64,000 nucleotides of DNA from Azolla caroliniana (Eukaryota > Plantae > Polypodiophyta), in NCBI GenBank assembly GCA_043228905.1, contig JBHGNT010000012.1, positions 2,728,001 to 2,792,000 on the forward strand, read 5' to 3'. A program made the position numbers and the translations under genes. Positions 1-12,583 of this stretch are shown here, piece after piece; position 1 is the stretch's first letter, and each line of letters opens with the position of its first letter. The notes below the pieces were generated by a model. The model was given only the letters and a program-made list of their open reading frames with translations, ran no database searches and was not told the origin of the DNA.

Positions 1-135
1 CATATGTGCAGCGCGAATCTATGTCCGTATCTCTTTTCTAAAACCCTAAAATTAATTGATTTTAATTATCTTGTTATATGTATATACCATATATAATTAG
101 ATACCCACATATTTGAAACCAGATTAATTCTAATT

Positions 136-410
136 ACATACATGCATACATACATACATACATGGATGCATGCATACATACATACATACATACATACATA
201 CATACCTACATACATACATACATACATATTGATATAATATACAGGTAGAGAAAGCTAGTAAGGATCATGATTCATGGGCCATGGCAATCTATCATACATA
301 CACATACATACATACATACCTACATGCATGCATACACATACATATTGATATAATATACAGGTTAGAGAAAGCTAGTAAGGATCTTGATTCATGGGCCATG
401 GCAATCTATC
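136..410. repeat. (CATA)n microsatellite inside a ~117-bp tandem duplication
   Basis: The block CATATTGATATAATATACAGG...GGCAATCTATC occurs at ~225-293 and ~341-410, each preceded by CATA repeats. Confidence 0.85.
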
Positions 411-826
411 TCTTATCTCACTTGCATGTGTTAGTAGTATGTAGTTGTGATTATAAAGAAATTTGTAATAACCTTGTGCAGACAAAAGAGGAAGGTATAA
501 TAAAGGAAGGGAGGGTCTAAGCTATATAGACTAGGCCTAGACCTACCTAGTAGAGACTAGAGATCAGAGAAGAGGAGACTGAGAGGTTAAGAGTGTCAAG
601 CTACATCATTATGTATTTACATCTACTATGTAGCATAGATTACTCGAGACTTTTTTGTGATAATCGATATTTAATCTACATACACTATTATTGTCTCAAA
701 TCCCTCCCTTGACATTTGCATCCTTTTTTCACCAATTCTTCATGATATGTTAAGTTTTAACATGCACATGCACACACACCATGCTCGCTTGTAACAAACG
801 TGTGTAGGTTTCTCCATAGCGCATCC

Positions 827-1046
827 ATGCCATTACCATAGGGCGCCATCGTTATAACAAACATTTTTAGGCTTCCTAGGGCCATTGCCATTAGGTGGTG
901 GTGTGGTTATTTTCCTCAGTTGACGATAATATGTACATGCCATTACCATAGGGCGCCATCGTTATAACAAACATTTTTAGGCTTCATGGGGCCATTGCCA
1001 TTAGGTGGTGGTGTGGTTATTTTCCTCAGTCGACGATAATATGTAT
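827..1046. repeat. 110-bp tandem duplication
   Basis: ATGCCATTACCATAGGGCGCC... starts at 827 and 937; the copies are near-identical. Confidence 0.9.
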
Positions 1047-1395
1047 ATGCACATTGATTTAGCAAGAGAGCGAATATGTAATGCTATTCTTCTATTGCAC
1101 ATATATGATAAAGCACACCCATGAGCTTTTCTCCAAACTGTTGTACAACCCACATGCTCTTTGTTACGACCTTATTGGTAAAGATCACATAGTGTTGAAT
1201 TTGCCGCCATACTTAAAAAACAATTCACGCATGCAAAGGACGAATTTGCACAAATGGCGAAGTAGTAGCTTGTGTAAACCGTACATGTAATACATGACCA
1301 TGAATCAGTGGACAAACTACAAAATAAAACATAATATGAGTTGTGATGGGGAAGTGGAATCAAGTCAACAAAACTATTGACACTTGGATATTCTT

Positions 1396-1681
1396 TTTTT
1401 TTTTTCCAAAAAAAAAAACTCCTTCCATTAGTTATAACTTATAAAATTTTACAAATGAGTCAATTATGTACAAATCCATGTAAGGACGCGATAGTTCCAT
1501 CTTATGTGGATGCCCACTGACTCAAGAAAGGGAGAGGACGGCCATTGTTGGATGAAGGCTATTCGTTGTCTTTCAACTCCATTTGAGCCGCCCTTAAGGC
1601 CATCATATTGACTCTTCAGAGTGGCTACAATTTCACTCCATATCTCTTGCAGTAACCTTTTTGGATGTGCGGTTTGGTTGG
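1396..1681 (-). mobile_element. 5'-truncated L1-type LINE 3' end with poly(A) and 17-bp TSD
   Basis: Encodes NQTAHPKRLLQEIWSEIVATLKSQYDGLKGG, near-identical to 36895-37110. It has a poly(T) on + and TSD GACACTTGGATATTCTT at 1379-1395 and 1682-1698. Confidence 0.92.
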
Positions 1682-1939
1682 GACACTTGGATATTCTTGA
1701 ATTTGACAATGCAATCAAGTCCTAATACAAATTAAAGATGGTTAGGTTCTTCCTTAAAAACTCATGTTAGGATTGTACTCCTAGGTGGACGATCCTCTAC
1801 TTGTCACTACCCTTTAGTGCCTCAATATTGGTACATCAAGACCCCTAACTATTCAATACACAATCTTTGCACCAAGATCAGACCATCAATATGTGATGAT
1901 TCCTAAGAACTTAGAAACCAACCTTAATTCATGGGCATT

Positions 1940-1970
<31 letters not shown>

Positions 1971-2761
1971 TTCCAAAAGAGGTACTACATTAGTATTAAC
2001 AAACTCCCTAAGGCTATACATAAAAGATGTGCCTTTCGGTAATGAGCCCCATTTTCTACCATTGTTAATCGTCGGCTTAAATAAAAACTTTGGCGTAGAT
2101 TACAACCACTCCACCTTATAAAAAAATCATCTATAAAATATGCCTTTGTCCCTGACGGTGATTTGTATATTAACAACAACAACTTAACTATTTGAGCTTG
2201 TTGTTGGACTAGGGACCTAATTCTTGCCACGTTGTGGACTCAAGTTGATATGTTTGCTTCATGGGTATGCCACATCACCCATAACCAATCAAGTTTATAA
2301 ATGGGCCCCCATGGGGCACATGTTAGTAGGCTGGTCTTCTATACATATTTTTGCCATGAACAAGTTTGAGAGTTTGAGTATCACACTTTCCTATATTGGT
2401 TCATCTTTGACCACATTTGGGTTTTCATTTAAATACACGTTGTGATATATGGTCCAATCGATAAACACATTTCTTTGACAACCTACATTCTTAATTGCTA
2501 TTTTTGACTATTAAAACTCTTCAATATCAAGCCTCGTTGCTCAAATCACACATACAACATGGGAATGTTTGATTTCTTGTTCTACAAATCATATTTAACA
2601 TTCGGGGATAATAATACAATCTAGTTGTCTGTAAATTGATATTGATATGTATAGTTATTATTATAATTAACCTAAAAATCTATACTAATTACTTACAAGT
2701 TACAACAAATCTCTTGCTCACTCAAGTGTGAGTGTCAATGCATGTGTGTATTATTGCCCAA

Positions 2762-3005
2762 AACTAGTATGGGGATTTGATTATCACACTTTGATATAAT
2801 GTTCTATTGTTGATCATGTTTGAGTATGCTTTCCAAACATCATTGACCTAACCCAATTGTTCCATGAATTTTCTCACAAGTAGAACTAGTATGGGGATTT
2901 GATTATCACACTTTGATATAATGTTCTATTGTTGATCATGTTTGAGTATGCTTTCCAAACATCATCGACCTAACTCAATTGTTCCATGAATTTTCTCACA
3001 AGTAG
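2762..3005. repeat. 122-bp tandem duplication
   Basis: AACTAGTATGGGGATTTG...CTCACAAGTAG starts at 2762 and 2884. Confidence 0.9.
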
Positions 3006-3203
3006 AGTGTGAATATCAAGTGTTGCTAATCACTTTCGCATGTAGGTTGTGAAAATATCATATTTTTTCTCATAAGTGATATTAGACCTCCAAGAATGAC
3101 AAAAATCTATCTCCCTCACTTGGCGCGCACACAATATATATCTATATGTATGCATGCAGATACATGTACTTACATATTTATATAAGTTATATAAAAGTAA
3201 CAC

Positions 3204-3260
3204 TCTCGTCTGTAAAATTTTATAGCTGATAGGAGGTTTTTTTTGGAGAAAAAAGAAAAG
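3204..3260 (+). mobile_element. Ultra-short LINE 3' tail insertion
   Basis: TGTAAAATTTTATAGCTGATAGGAGGTTTTTTTTGGAGAAAAAA matches the LINE 3' UTR at 37121-37168 and is flanked by AAAAGTAA repeats (3193, 3261). Confidence 0.7.
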
Positions 3261-4399
3261 AAAAGTAATAACACATACCTTAATCATGAGACTCTCTATG
3301 GTAGAGTAAATCCTTGAAGGGCTATAAGACTAGCTAACATAAGGGTAACTCTTCTTGGGACAAGGTGCCTATATAAGTTTATAACTTAGCTATGTGAACT
3401 ACCAAGATTACACACATAAGGTAATGTGCTATTGAGAAAAACATCATCGCTAACCAACTCTTTCTTGAACAAATATATGGTAAACGTCACTCTGTGCACT
3501 AAAAGTATTCATTTAATTCAATCTCTCGATGGTTCTCTTTTACCAATTCTAGAGTAGAAACAACAAGATAATGATCATATTGAGGATCTATGACATAGAA
3601 TCTTGTTGTATACACATTCAGAATATTATCATCTTCTTTCACTATAATTAATATGGAGCCGAACACTAGTGTTATCGAGTTGTGATTGGTGTAGGCTTTT
3701 CAAGAGACGGGCCTCTATTTGTGAAAGGTGATTCGAGATTGTTGTTATATCAAAGGATCCCCCTAGCAAATTAAATATTTGATGAAAATATAGAATATAA
3801 AACAGATCGATATGTATAACATAAATACATGAGTGAACAAAATAATTGAAAAATAAACAAATTACCCAAGCTTTGTATTAATTTGGTAAAAATTAAACAA
3901 AAAAATTTGTGAGCTACCTTACTCTTGTACTCTTCCTTATTAAATTCCCCAATTGAGTACCCCTACATGTCACACTCTTCTTGTTTATATAGGTTTTTCC
4001 CTCACATAAATTGAGTGCATGTGATTATGTTAATTTTAGCACCTTGGTGCTTTGTTTCGCTCTAAAGTAGATGCCTAAGGTTATGGACTATATTCAATGT
4101 ACTTGTGCATGAACCTTTCCTATTAGACTTATGTTCTAACTTGAATAGAAACTCACGTTCGGTATCCTATAGATAGTTAAAAACAAATGATAATGTGTAG
4201 GGTTATTCATAGTTTGAACCTTGCATCATACATGCACATATGTCATATCATCTCATATGTATATGAGTCTTATTTGTTTCTACAAAGCTCTTAGCTAAAA
4301 TGAAAAAAAATGCACATCTGTAAAAAACTTGATAATATTGACATTATCATTGTGCACGTAGCCACCAAAGGTTGACTTTTGAATCATATTTATGGAACT

Positions 4400-6100
4400 T
4401 TGACGAGAGGGTGAGAAATGCTCCAAATCACAAGCTCTAAAATGGGCGTGTTTAATGGCTTTTTGGGCATTTTAGATGTTGACATGCATTTAAGGTGTTT
4501 CAAAAGTTACTTTGGGAGTTTTGGTCATATACACGCTCTAGTGATGTTTAAATCTACATATTTTTTAAATGTAGCATTTTGATATAGGCATATCTGATGA
4601 CACTTGTAGTTCCATCACAATATAACTTTGTGGCACATTCAATCTGTATAAATAAGGTTCTAATTTGCGGATATTGTGTAGTACATAAACATATTTACAT
4701 TTCAAATTTCTAATGAGAGAATTGAATATATGAAAGGCTCTTCAAGCAAGTTCGTAATTTTCATAAGTTCAAAATTTATTGTAATTTTTCCTCAAAATGT
4801 TTGGACCCCAAAGTACTTCAGGTATTGTTTGAATTTTCTAGAGTGAGAAATTAAGAAATTAATATTTATGTAAGAGGGTGACATGCCCTTGAAACGAGTT
4901 CAAATATATCCTACTGAGTGGATTTTGGGCATTTAAATGACCAAGCTCTGTTGATTTCATACCATCATGAAACTTCACTCCTCCTTTTGCCATGGTAGAT
5001 TACCACAACTTTGCATAGAATCACAAATGATCTCCACCCAAGATCGTTTCATGCATGCGTACATTTTGAGAAGTAAAATTGTTGTTGCCATATGATTGTC
5101 GAAATAAAGTGTTATCCATGATAACAATGATAAACGTACAAAAATTTGGGAATCATAGTTGATTTTACCAATTTGAGTCAAGGAACAAATGACCATACTT
5201 GATACCTCCACCATACACAACTTGAGACAATTAAGTACGAAATGATCACGACCACGAGCAAGGCATGTGGCCTCTCGTTGTAACTAGGAGACTAAGTTCT
5301 ACATAGTGTGTTGAAAGGACATAGATGGTCTAGACCTAATTTATGTTGCAACATGCCCAATTCACATTTCAAGCATAATAGTCCTATTTGGTGAGGTGTT
5401 AATTAACCATGTGTGCACCTTAGCAATTAAAGCATTCTATATTGTAGACCTCTACATAAGGGCTTGGGGTTCTTTTCTTTATTCACAAGTTGTCATTTAT
5501 CAATGTGTACACAAAATAATGTCACCATCAATTTCTATGTAATGTTTGAACACCTCGTCATTGTGTTTACTATCCTCTTTGGTATGGATCCCATTATCTA
5601 GATATTATAAGGCTTCCCCCATAACTTGGGACTTGTTCATGTACTAAAGTTCCACGAACCCTATATAATGTTTGTTGTTGAGACAAGATAACATTTGGGG
5701 ATTTGGAAGGTGACTTAGGATGTTGTACATATGATTTAAGTTCACAACTCCCTTTAGGTGCCTTCTTATGGTTCTCAACAACACTATATAATAGAAATGC
5801 CTTAAATCAAGGGAGGAGGTGAAGAAAATGATCTAAAAGTTTGGGGTTTAACTAGAAGCCAAATTCAAGCTTGTTAAAGTGATTATAACCTTTTTAGAAG
5901 TTAGTACGAAATATCTTTCTTCTGATGTTTGGTGGAACATCACACAATAAAGATTGGAACTTATGTAGATATTACATCATTTCCCTAGCTGTAACAAATG
6001 CTTCACATGTTTCGTACACCCGGGCTCTCAAAATAATGGACTCGCATACAAATTAATGAGTTTCAATACTATTTTCTGCCGTCATGATGTGGCGGGTTCA
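4400..6100 (-). pseudogene. Heavily decayed KDZ (Kyakuja-Dileera-Zisupton)-like transposase
   Basis: Ordered degenerate motifs across frameshifts: IEIDGDI (~5530), ARGRDHFVL (~5250), GGIKYG (~5205), FLYVYHC (~5135), LLKMYA (~5065), GVKFHDG/EINRAWSF (~4935-4980). Confidence 0.5.
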
Positions 6101-6109
6101 AAGACAGAA

Positions 6110-7279
6110 TGTAAGGAAATGAGGGGAAAACGAGAAGATGCAAAACTCAATGTAATTATAATCCAAAAAGTATAAAATAATAAAAAGTGAATTGCTTAAT
6201 GGTTAAATTTATTGACCGGGTAGGAGAATGAGGGGTTTGAATCCTAGCATGTGCATGTGAGTGTCAAGTTAGTTCGTTTGGCATTTTGGTGGAGGGGAAA
6301 TGGGTGAGCCTTTTTCTCCCAATATAAAAGGGGATTGAGGGCTCATTTTGTAGTTCAACATTTAAGGGTTTTTGGGTGTTTAGGGTTCCTTATTTTTTTC
6401 AAAGTTTAGTGTTTTTTAGGTTGGGGGAGTGGTGAGTGTGAGAGTGTAGTTGAACCACCTCTCCTTCATGATCTTCTATTTTCATTTTAAGATCTTCTTC
6501 TTCTCATTCGACGAGCTATCGCAATGTATTAGGCAAACATGGAGAAAAGAAATTGTAATAATTCTTTAGTTTTTTTGAAGTTGTCTTCGTCTTCTTCTTA
6601 CTTGGAGACTGGAGTTTAGGTTAGGTGAATGAAGAGTGCAAGGGTAGAGTTGGACCACATCTCCTCCATCCTCTTCTATTTATGTTTTGGTATCTTTCCT
6701 CATTTACTGAGCTATCATAATATGTCGGGCAAACATGGAGGAAAGAAATTGGAAGGCAATTTGGTTCGTCGGTTGAGGAAAGAAAGTCGAAGTGGCACAA
6801 AGTACCCCACATCAACAAGAGGTGCATAACCATCGATTGTAAGACGGCTCGTCGAAGACCACGAAGTTTGGATCCTTAACATTACCATAATCTACTTAAC
6901 TTTGTAATAACCATTGTAAACACTTCTCAAATCACTATCGTGTTTATTTTTTAAAAGTGTTGTAATCCCCATTATGTAAGGGATTTTCCTATAAAAAACC
7001 TAGAGTTTTGGGTCTTAATCTAGGTCTTATTGTATTAATTGAGCATAATTAGCCCTAATCTTGTGCTAATCACTTAAGCTTGACGAGAGGAAGAGTAAGT
7101 GAGATGTTGACAGAGTTGCGTCATTTGTGAGGGAGAAGGAATTCCTCAATTCTAGGGATTTCTTGAGTCAAAGGTTTTCCTCAAATCAAAGGAATTCCCC
7201 AACTCTTAAGGTTTCCTCAACTCTGACTTCTTTGAGTCTAGCTCAACGGAAGAGCTAATTATCAAAAAGGGGGATTACA
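6110..7279 (+). mobile_element. Probable old solo LTR
   Basis: TGTAA...GGGGGATTACA termini and a TATA-like AATATAAAAGGGG at ~6321. The flanks do not form a TSD. Confidence 0.4.
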
Positions 7280-8439
7280 CGAGGGAAACCCAAGTCTTCT
7301 CACACAACATCATGTTCTCCCTGGTTTAGTTCATATGTAGACCCACTCAAATAGAATACGCACACAAGTTTAACACAACATTGTGTTTGAATATATCGAT
7401 AATATGTGGCCAAAGTTGAAGACTAGACCAAAAAACATAAAACAATCGATATGTCCATCTCAAATCATGTAGACCTAGGCATAGTAAATTCATTTTCTAT
7501 GCAAGCATTACATTGTCGACTTGGCCAATCATAGTAATGAAATTACAATTTAGGACGATACTTATGAATGAAAATGGAACACTTGATATTGTCCTTATTA
7601 ATTGTGGGAAGTAGACATTTTAAGGATTTAAAGATATACCTTCCACCTCTTGTTAATGACATACAAAATTTATCAAATGGTGTAGATGTCATTGATGCTT
7701 CTAATTAAACAAAAGGGAGACAAACATTAAAATTGCATGGGATTCTGACTTGGATTATTCATGAGTTGACTACCCGGCATATGGGTTTTGTTTAGGTAAA
7801 GGAGAAAAAATGATTAGGCTTTCCATTTGTGTGGTGATTGGTCGCGGCCAACATATTGTAAACTTTAAACACGAATTCATATCTAAGAAATAGACGATAT
7901 TTGCCCGAAGATCACCTCTTATAGACAAGAACGTAGACATGGCATTTGAAGAAACCTTAGATATGATTAGTATAAAAAATGGACTATTGGACCTCTAATT
8001 GATGTAGGTGTGTCAATTATTAATGATAATGATGATCATTGACATCAATATGCATAAAAAAGGATATGGATGGAACCCAATAATCCATATGGTTTATGCT
8101 TGAACATTGGAAAGATTAAAGATACATGATTTATAAGATCTTATGCATATAGGGCACACCCTTTAGAAGCACCTTTAGGTCTTAATGACACTTAACATAC
8201 ACCTCTTGCTTCAAGATAAACACAATATTGGTATATCTAAACACCCTAGGGCTCCTTTAGTTTGATATTAGATTAAATATCTTATGCAAATGTTAGGAAT
8301 ATAAGATCAATTTGGACGCTAACAGGACACAATTATTTATTGCAAAGCATTTCGTTTATGCATGACACACATCTCTCGGGACTAAAAACAACGATTGTCA
8401 TAATTTTATTAAGGTAATATTCATTAGGCTTCTTATAGA

Positions 8440-9337
8440 TATTTTAAGTGTTAATGGCAGAGGGTCCATAAGGTGGTCCCCGTTGGCGAATGGCTAGGTA
8501 AACGTGGCGGCCCTCAAGCTTGCCTAGTCTATTCTTCACATATTGAGACTTTGAGACACTATTTATGGGATTGCTCTCAAGCTTAGAAGGTATGGGACAG
8601 GGTGACTCGCCTCTTAGTTGCCTACAAAGTGGAAGGAACACCATCATGGAGCACAATGGCTTGGATCGATCTAGCTTGACAGACACTTTCAATGCTGTTA
8701 GTTGGTGCTATGAATGCACAAGAGGTAAACTTGTCATGAACCAAATTGAGAGAGGCTCGAAGACCGCATCCCCTCGGTTTCGGGAGATTTGGATGTTGAT
8801 CACAGGCTTCATCGTGTGGTATGTATGGAAAGCACGATGCCTAAAGTTCTTCAAAGATTTGGTACGCCACCCCTAAGCAATTGATCATGGATATATGGTT
8901 CACGACCATTATCTTCCTATGAGGGGAATTGGACGAGGTTTGTGGCCACTCTCCAACGATGTGGTCACTGTTCGTTTACGCTTCTGGTAGAAATGGCGGA
9001 ACATGCCGATGGTGATGCAAGGGGGAAACAACCTGAGCCGAAACTACTAGCCCCCATGATGGTTGTTTCCTACTCACCTCCTACCCTCCCTTTGTTGTAG
9101 GCCACATGATCTGACCCGTACTAGCGGGTGATGAAGGGCACTAGATTATAGCCATAGGTACCTACTTACATTAGTAGTTAGTTTGAAAGGATATGTACGT
9201 AGTCTCATATTCTTGAACTTGGTTGGAGGGTGATTCCCTACTTTGTGTATAAACCACCTTGTATCGTCTTTCTATAATAATCTCTCCTAACTAATGGGAA
9301 AGTAGCTTCTTTTTGGAATAGAAAAAATAAATAAATC
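8440..9337 (+). mobile_element. Decayed LINE 3' fragment (different family)
   Basis: ORF 8565-8876 ends FREIWMLITGFIVWYVWKARC (post zf-RVT motif). The 3' motif CTAATGGGAAAG...TTTTTGGAA is followed by an A-rich tail. Confidence 0.7.
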
Positions 9338-9570
9338 ATAAACAATGTGCTAACAACAAAATATTTTGTTGTACAATATGTATTTTTGTTAAGTCATAGA
9401 CGTTTGCTTGACACCAATGATATGTGACATTATATATAGCTTAGGGTCATTGGCTTGATAACTTCAAACAAGTTGTGATGAATGATGACAAAATCTAGGG
9501 AAAATTATAATGTGTATTTAACATCTCATATGAAATGGATTTCTTAATTGACATAATCCTAAATTGTAAT

Positions 9571-10574
9571 TCTAAGTCTTATTTATAGGTGAGAGCTTTA
9601 TTGCAGCATTTGGGCATATGAAGCACATTTATGAATACTAAAGCTAGCTTGGATATATGGGGATTATACAAGTTGTTATGAAGTAACCTTTTGTGTCACA
9701 AAACAAACAATTACCCTTATGATCCTAATTCCCTCCGCTACCTATGCAACATGAAACTTTGGGAGAGAGATCAGGAGCAGGCAACGGAGCAGGAGCAAAG
9801 CAGGAGTTGATGCAGAGCAACGGAGCCTCGCTTCTACCTGCTAGTGCAAAGTGGAGGTCTACAGACGTGGGGCACAAAAGCCACCACACCCTCTCTGGAG
9901 CCGCCGTCGCTGCCCCATCCCGACGGTTGCCGCCAATTCTTCTTCACCGCCGTGCTAAGCTAGGGTTTCCCCCACCCAAAGTTCGAATAGGTGGGACCAT
10001 ACATCGGCCCTACCGAACACGTTGTCGTGAAGAAAACCGGCCATAGGCGGAATCGGAGGAAAAGGCTCATGAACCACTCTTACATGGGTGGACGCGAGAA
10101 TTGATATTTTGTACATAATTCGTAATTAGGTTGGCTGATGTAAATACTAGGTAGTACACATTTATTAGTGGATTTGTGCATATCTCTGTCGAAAGGGACA
10201 GGGAATAAAGCGATTGGACTAGGGGAGAAGGGTCTCCCCTTTGCAAACTATTTAAGGAGGGAGAGAAGGAAGAAAAGGGATCGCGCGTTGGCGAGGACGA
10301 AGTGCTGTTGCAGAACCGAGGGCCGAGCTCTCTCTCTTCCGATCGTCGTTCGCTGCCTTTGCTTCGTGGACAGCCCGTGTGCTTCCAACAGAGGCTCTCT
10401 CTCCCCCCCCGCTTTTTGTTTCTTCGAGTCATGTGGTTGTTGTCTGTGTGCGTGAGTAGGATCCTGTGTCAGGTCCATTACCGGGTTGCCGGTTGTAACT
10501 GTTCGAGTTGTAAGCTACTGATTATAGTAATCGGATTCCTGTTTCTTGCTCTTATTTTCTTTCTGTGTATCTGC

Positions 10575-10625
<51 letters not shown>

Positions 10626-11152
10626 TGGTTCAAGACCCCCGTGGTCCCGCCTCTTCCTACACATGAACGCGAAACTTCGCGACATAATTGGTGAACCCGA
10701 TGTGAATGCAATGGCAATGGCGGTAGCCGTGGACCGGCTGGTGAGCGCTCGCGAGGGGATGGGTACCCTCGACAAAGCCATTGAATCGATCGTCGGCAAC
10801 ATAGGCCGATTCAGTGGGAAGAATCCCACAAGTTATTTGGAGGCTTATCGGGCCGAAATGATCATGAGGGATATCCCGGTGGACAGGCGGCTGTCTGAAT
10901 TCCCTCGGGTGGTGATGCTGAGCATCCACGCGGAGGTGCTCGAGGTGCTGGCCGGATGCCAGACTTGGGAGGAGTTCGAGCTGCAGCTCCTCGAGAAGTA
11001 TGGGTTTGATGACTCGCTTCGGCTGTTGAGGCGGGACTTCATGGCGTGGGTGGAAAGCCCCAGAAAAGGGAGGAACACGTCGGCGCTCCTCCAGGAATTC
11101 GAAAAACGATTCGCGCGGTTGTCAATGCTGGACCGGACCGTGCTCGAATGAG
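9571..11152. repeat. First copy of a 1582-bp tandem duplication (flank + complete Gypsy 5' LTR 10023-10684 + gag start)
   Basis: Repeated from 11153 (offset 1582; ORFs 9744/11326 identical). The junction has TC microhomology at 11153-11154. This copy lacks the chromovirus insertion. Confidence 0.93.
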
Positions 11153-12233
11153 TCTAAGTCTTATTTATAGGTGAGAGCTTTATTGCAGCATTTGGGCATA
11201 TGAAGCACATTTATGAATACTAAAGCTAGCTTGGATATATGGGGATTATACAAGTTGTTATGAAGTAACCTTTTGTGTCACAAAACAAACAATTACCCTT
11301 ATGATCCTAATTCCCTCCGCTACCTATGCAACATGAAACTTTGGGAGAGAGATCAGGAGCAGGCAACGGAGCAGGAGCAAAGCAGGAGTTGATGCAGAGC
11401 AACGGAGCCTCGCTTCTACCTGCTAGTGCAAAGTGGAGGTCTACAGACGTGGGGCACAAAAGCCACCACACCCTCTCTGGAGCCGCCGTCGCTGCCCCAT
11501 CCCGACGGTTGCCGCCAATTCTTCTTCACCGCCGTGCTAAGCTAGGGTTTCCCCCACCCAAAGTTCGAATAGGTGGGACCATACATCGGCCCTACCGAAC
11601 ACGTTGTCGTGAAGAAAACCGGCCATAGGCGGAATCGGAGGAAAAGGCTCATGAACCACTCTTACATGGGTGGACGCGAGAATTGATATTTTGTACATAA
11701 TTCGTAATTAGGTTGGCTGATGTAAATACTAGGTAGTACACATTTATTAGTGGATTTGTGCATATCTCTGTCGAAAGGGACAGGGAATAAAGCGATTGGA
11801 CTAGGGGAGAAGGGTCTCCCCTTTGCAAACTATTTAAGGAGGGAGAGAAGGAAGAAAAGGGATCGCGCGTTGGCGAGGACGAAGTGCTGTTGCAGAACCG
11901 AGGGCCGAGCTCTCTCTCTTCCGATCGTCGTTCGCTGCCTTTGCTTCGTGGACAGCCCGTGTGCTTCCAACAGAGGCTCTCTCCCCCCCCCCGCTTTTTG
12001 TTTCTTCGAGTCATGTGGTTGTTGTCTGTGTGCGTGAGTAGGATCCTGTGTCAGGTCCATTACCGGGTTGCCGGTTGTAACTGTTCGAGTTGTAAGCTAC
12101 TGTCAGGAACTCTATTAAGGCAGAGAAGGAATTAGTACTAAAAGAAGGATTAGTACTATTGTTGGGGAATAGTACTAAGACAGAGAAGGATTAGTACTAT
12201 GAGAGGTGTCGAATTTTGAGAGAAGGAATGAGT

Positions 12234-12301
<68 letters not shown>

Positions 12302-12583
12302 TGATGCGAAAGATATATGTATTATATGACGGAAGATATACAACAGTAGTTAGAAGGCTTAAGACTGGCGTTGAACCGATTTGGTTCGAACTAAGGCCTT
12401 GCGCCTCCTTTTATAGTGTCTTCAGGAATACTCCTGAAGTTTCTAGAATGTTCCAGAGAAATCTGGAATATACATCAATTTCCTAATAAAACCTAAATGA
12501 AAATAATATCCTTCAAATTACAACTCATAACCTAATGGTAAAGTCTCGACCCGTGTAACAAAAGGTTATGGGTTCGAGTCTAG

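Noticed and set aside
427-714. Possible small solo LTR (TG...CA, TATA-like core)
   Set aside because: Candidate TSD TTGCA is offset by one base and there is no second copy in the window.
12232-12486. ER-repeat ORFs (also 17557, and SL-repeat ORFs near 10550)
   Set aside because: These are translations of (GA)n/(CT)n microsatellites in LTRs.
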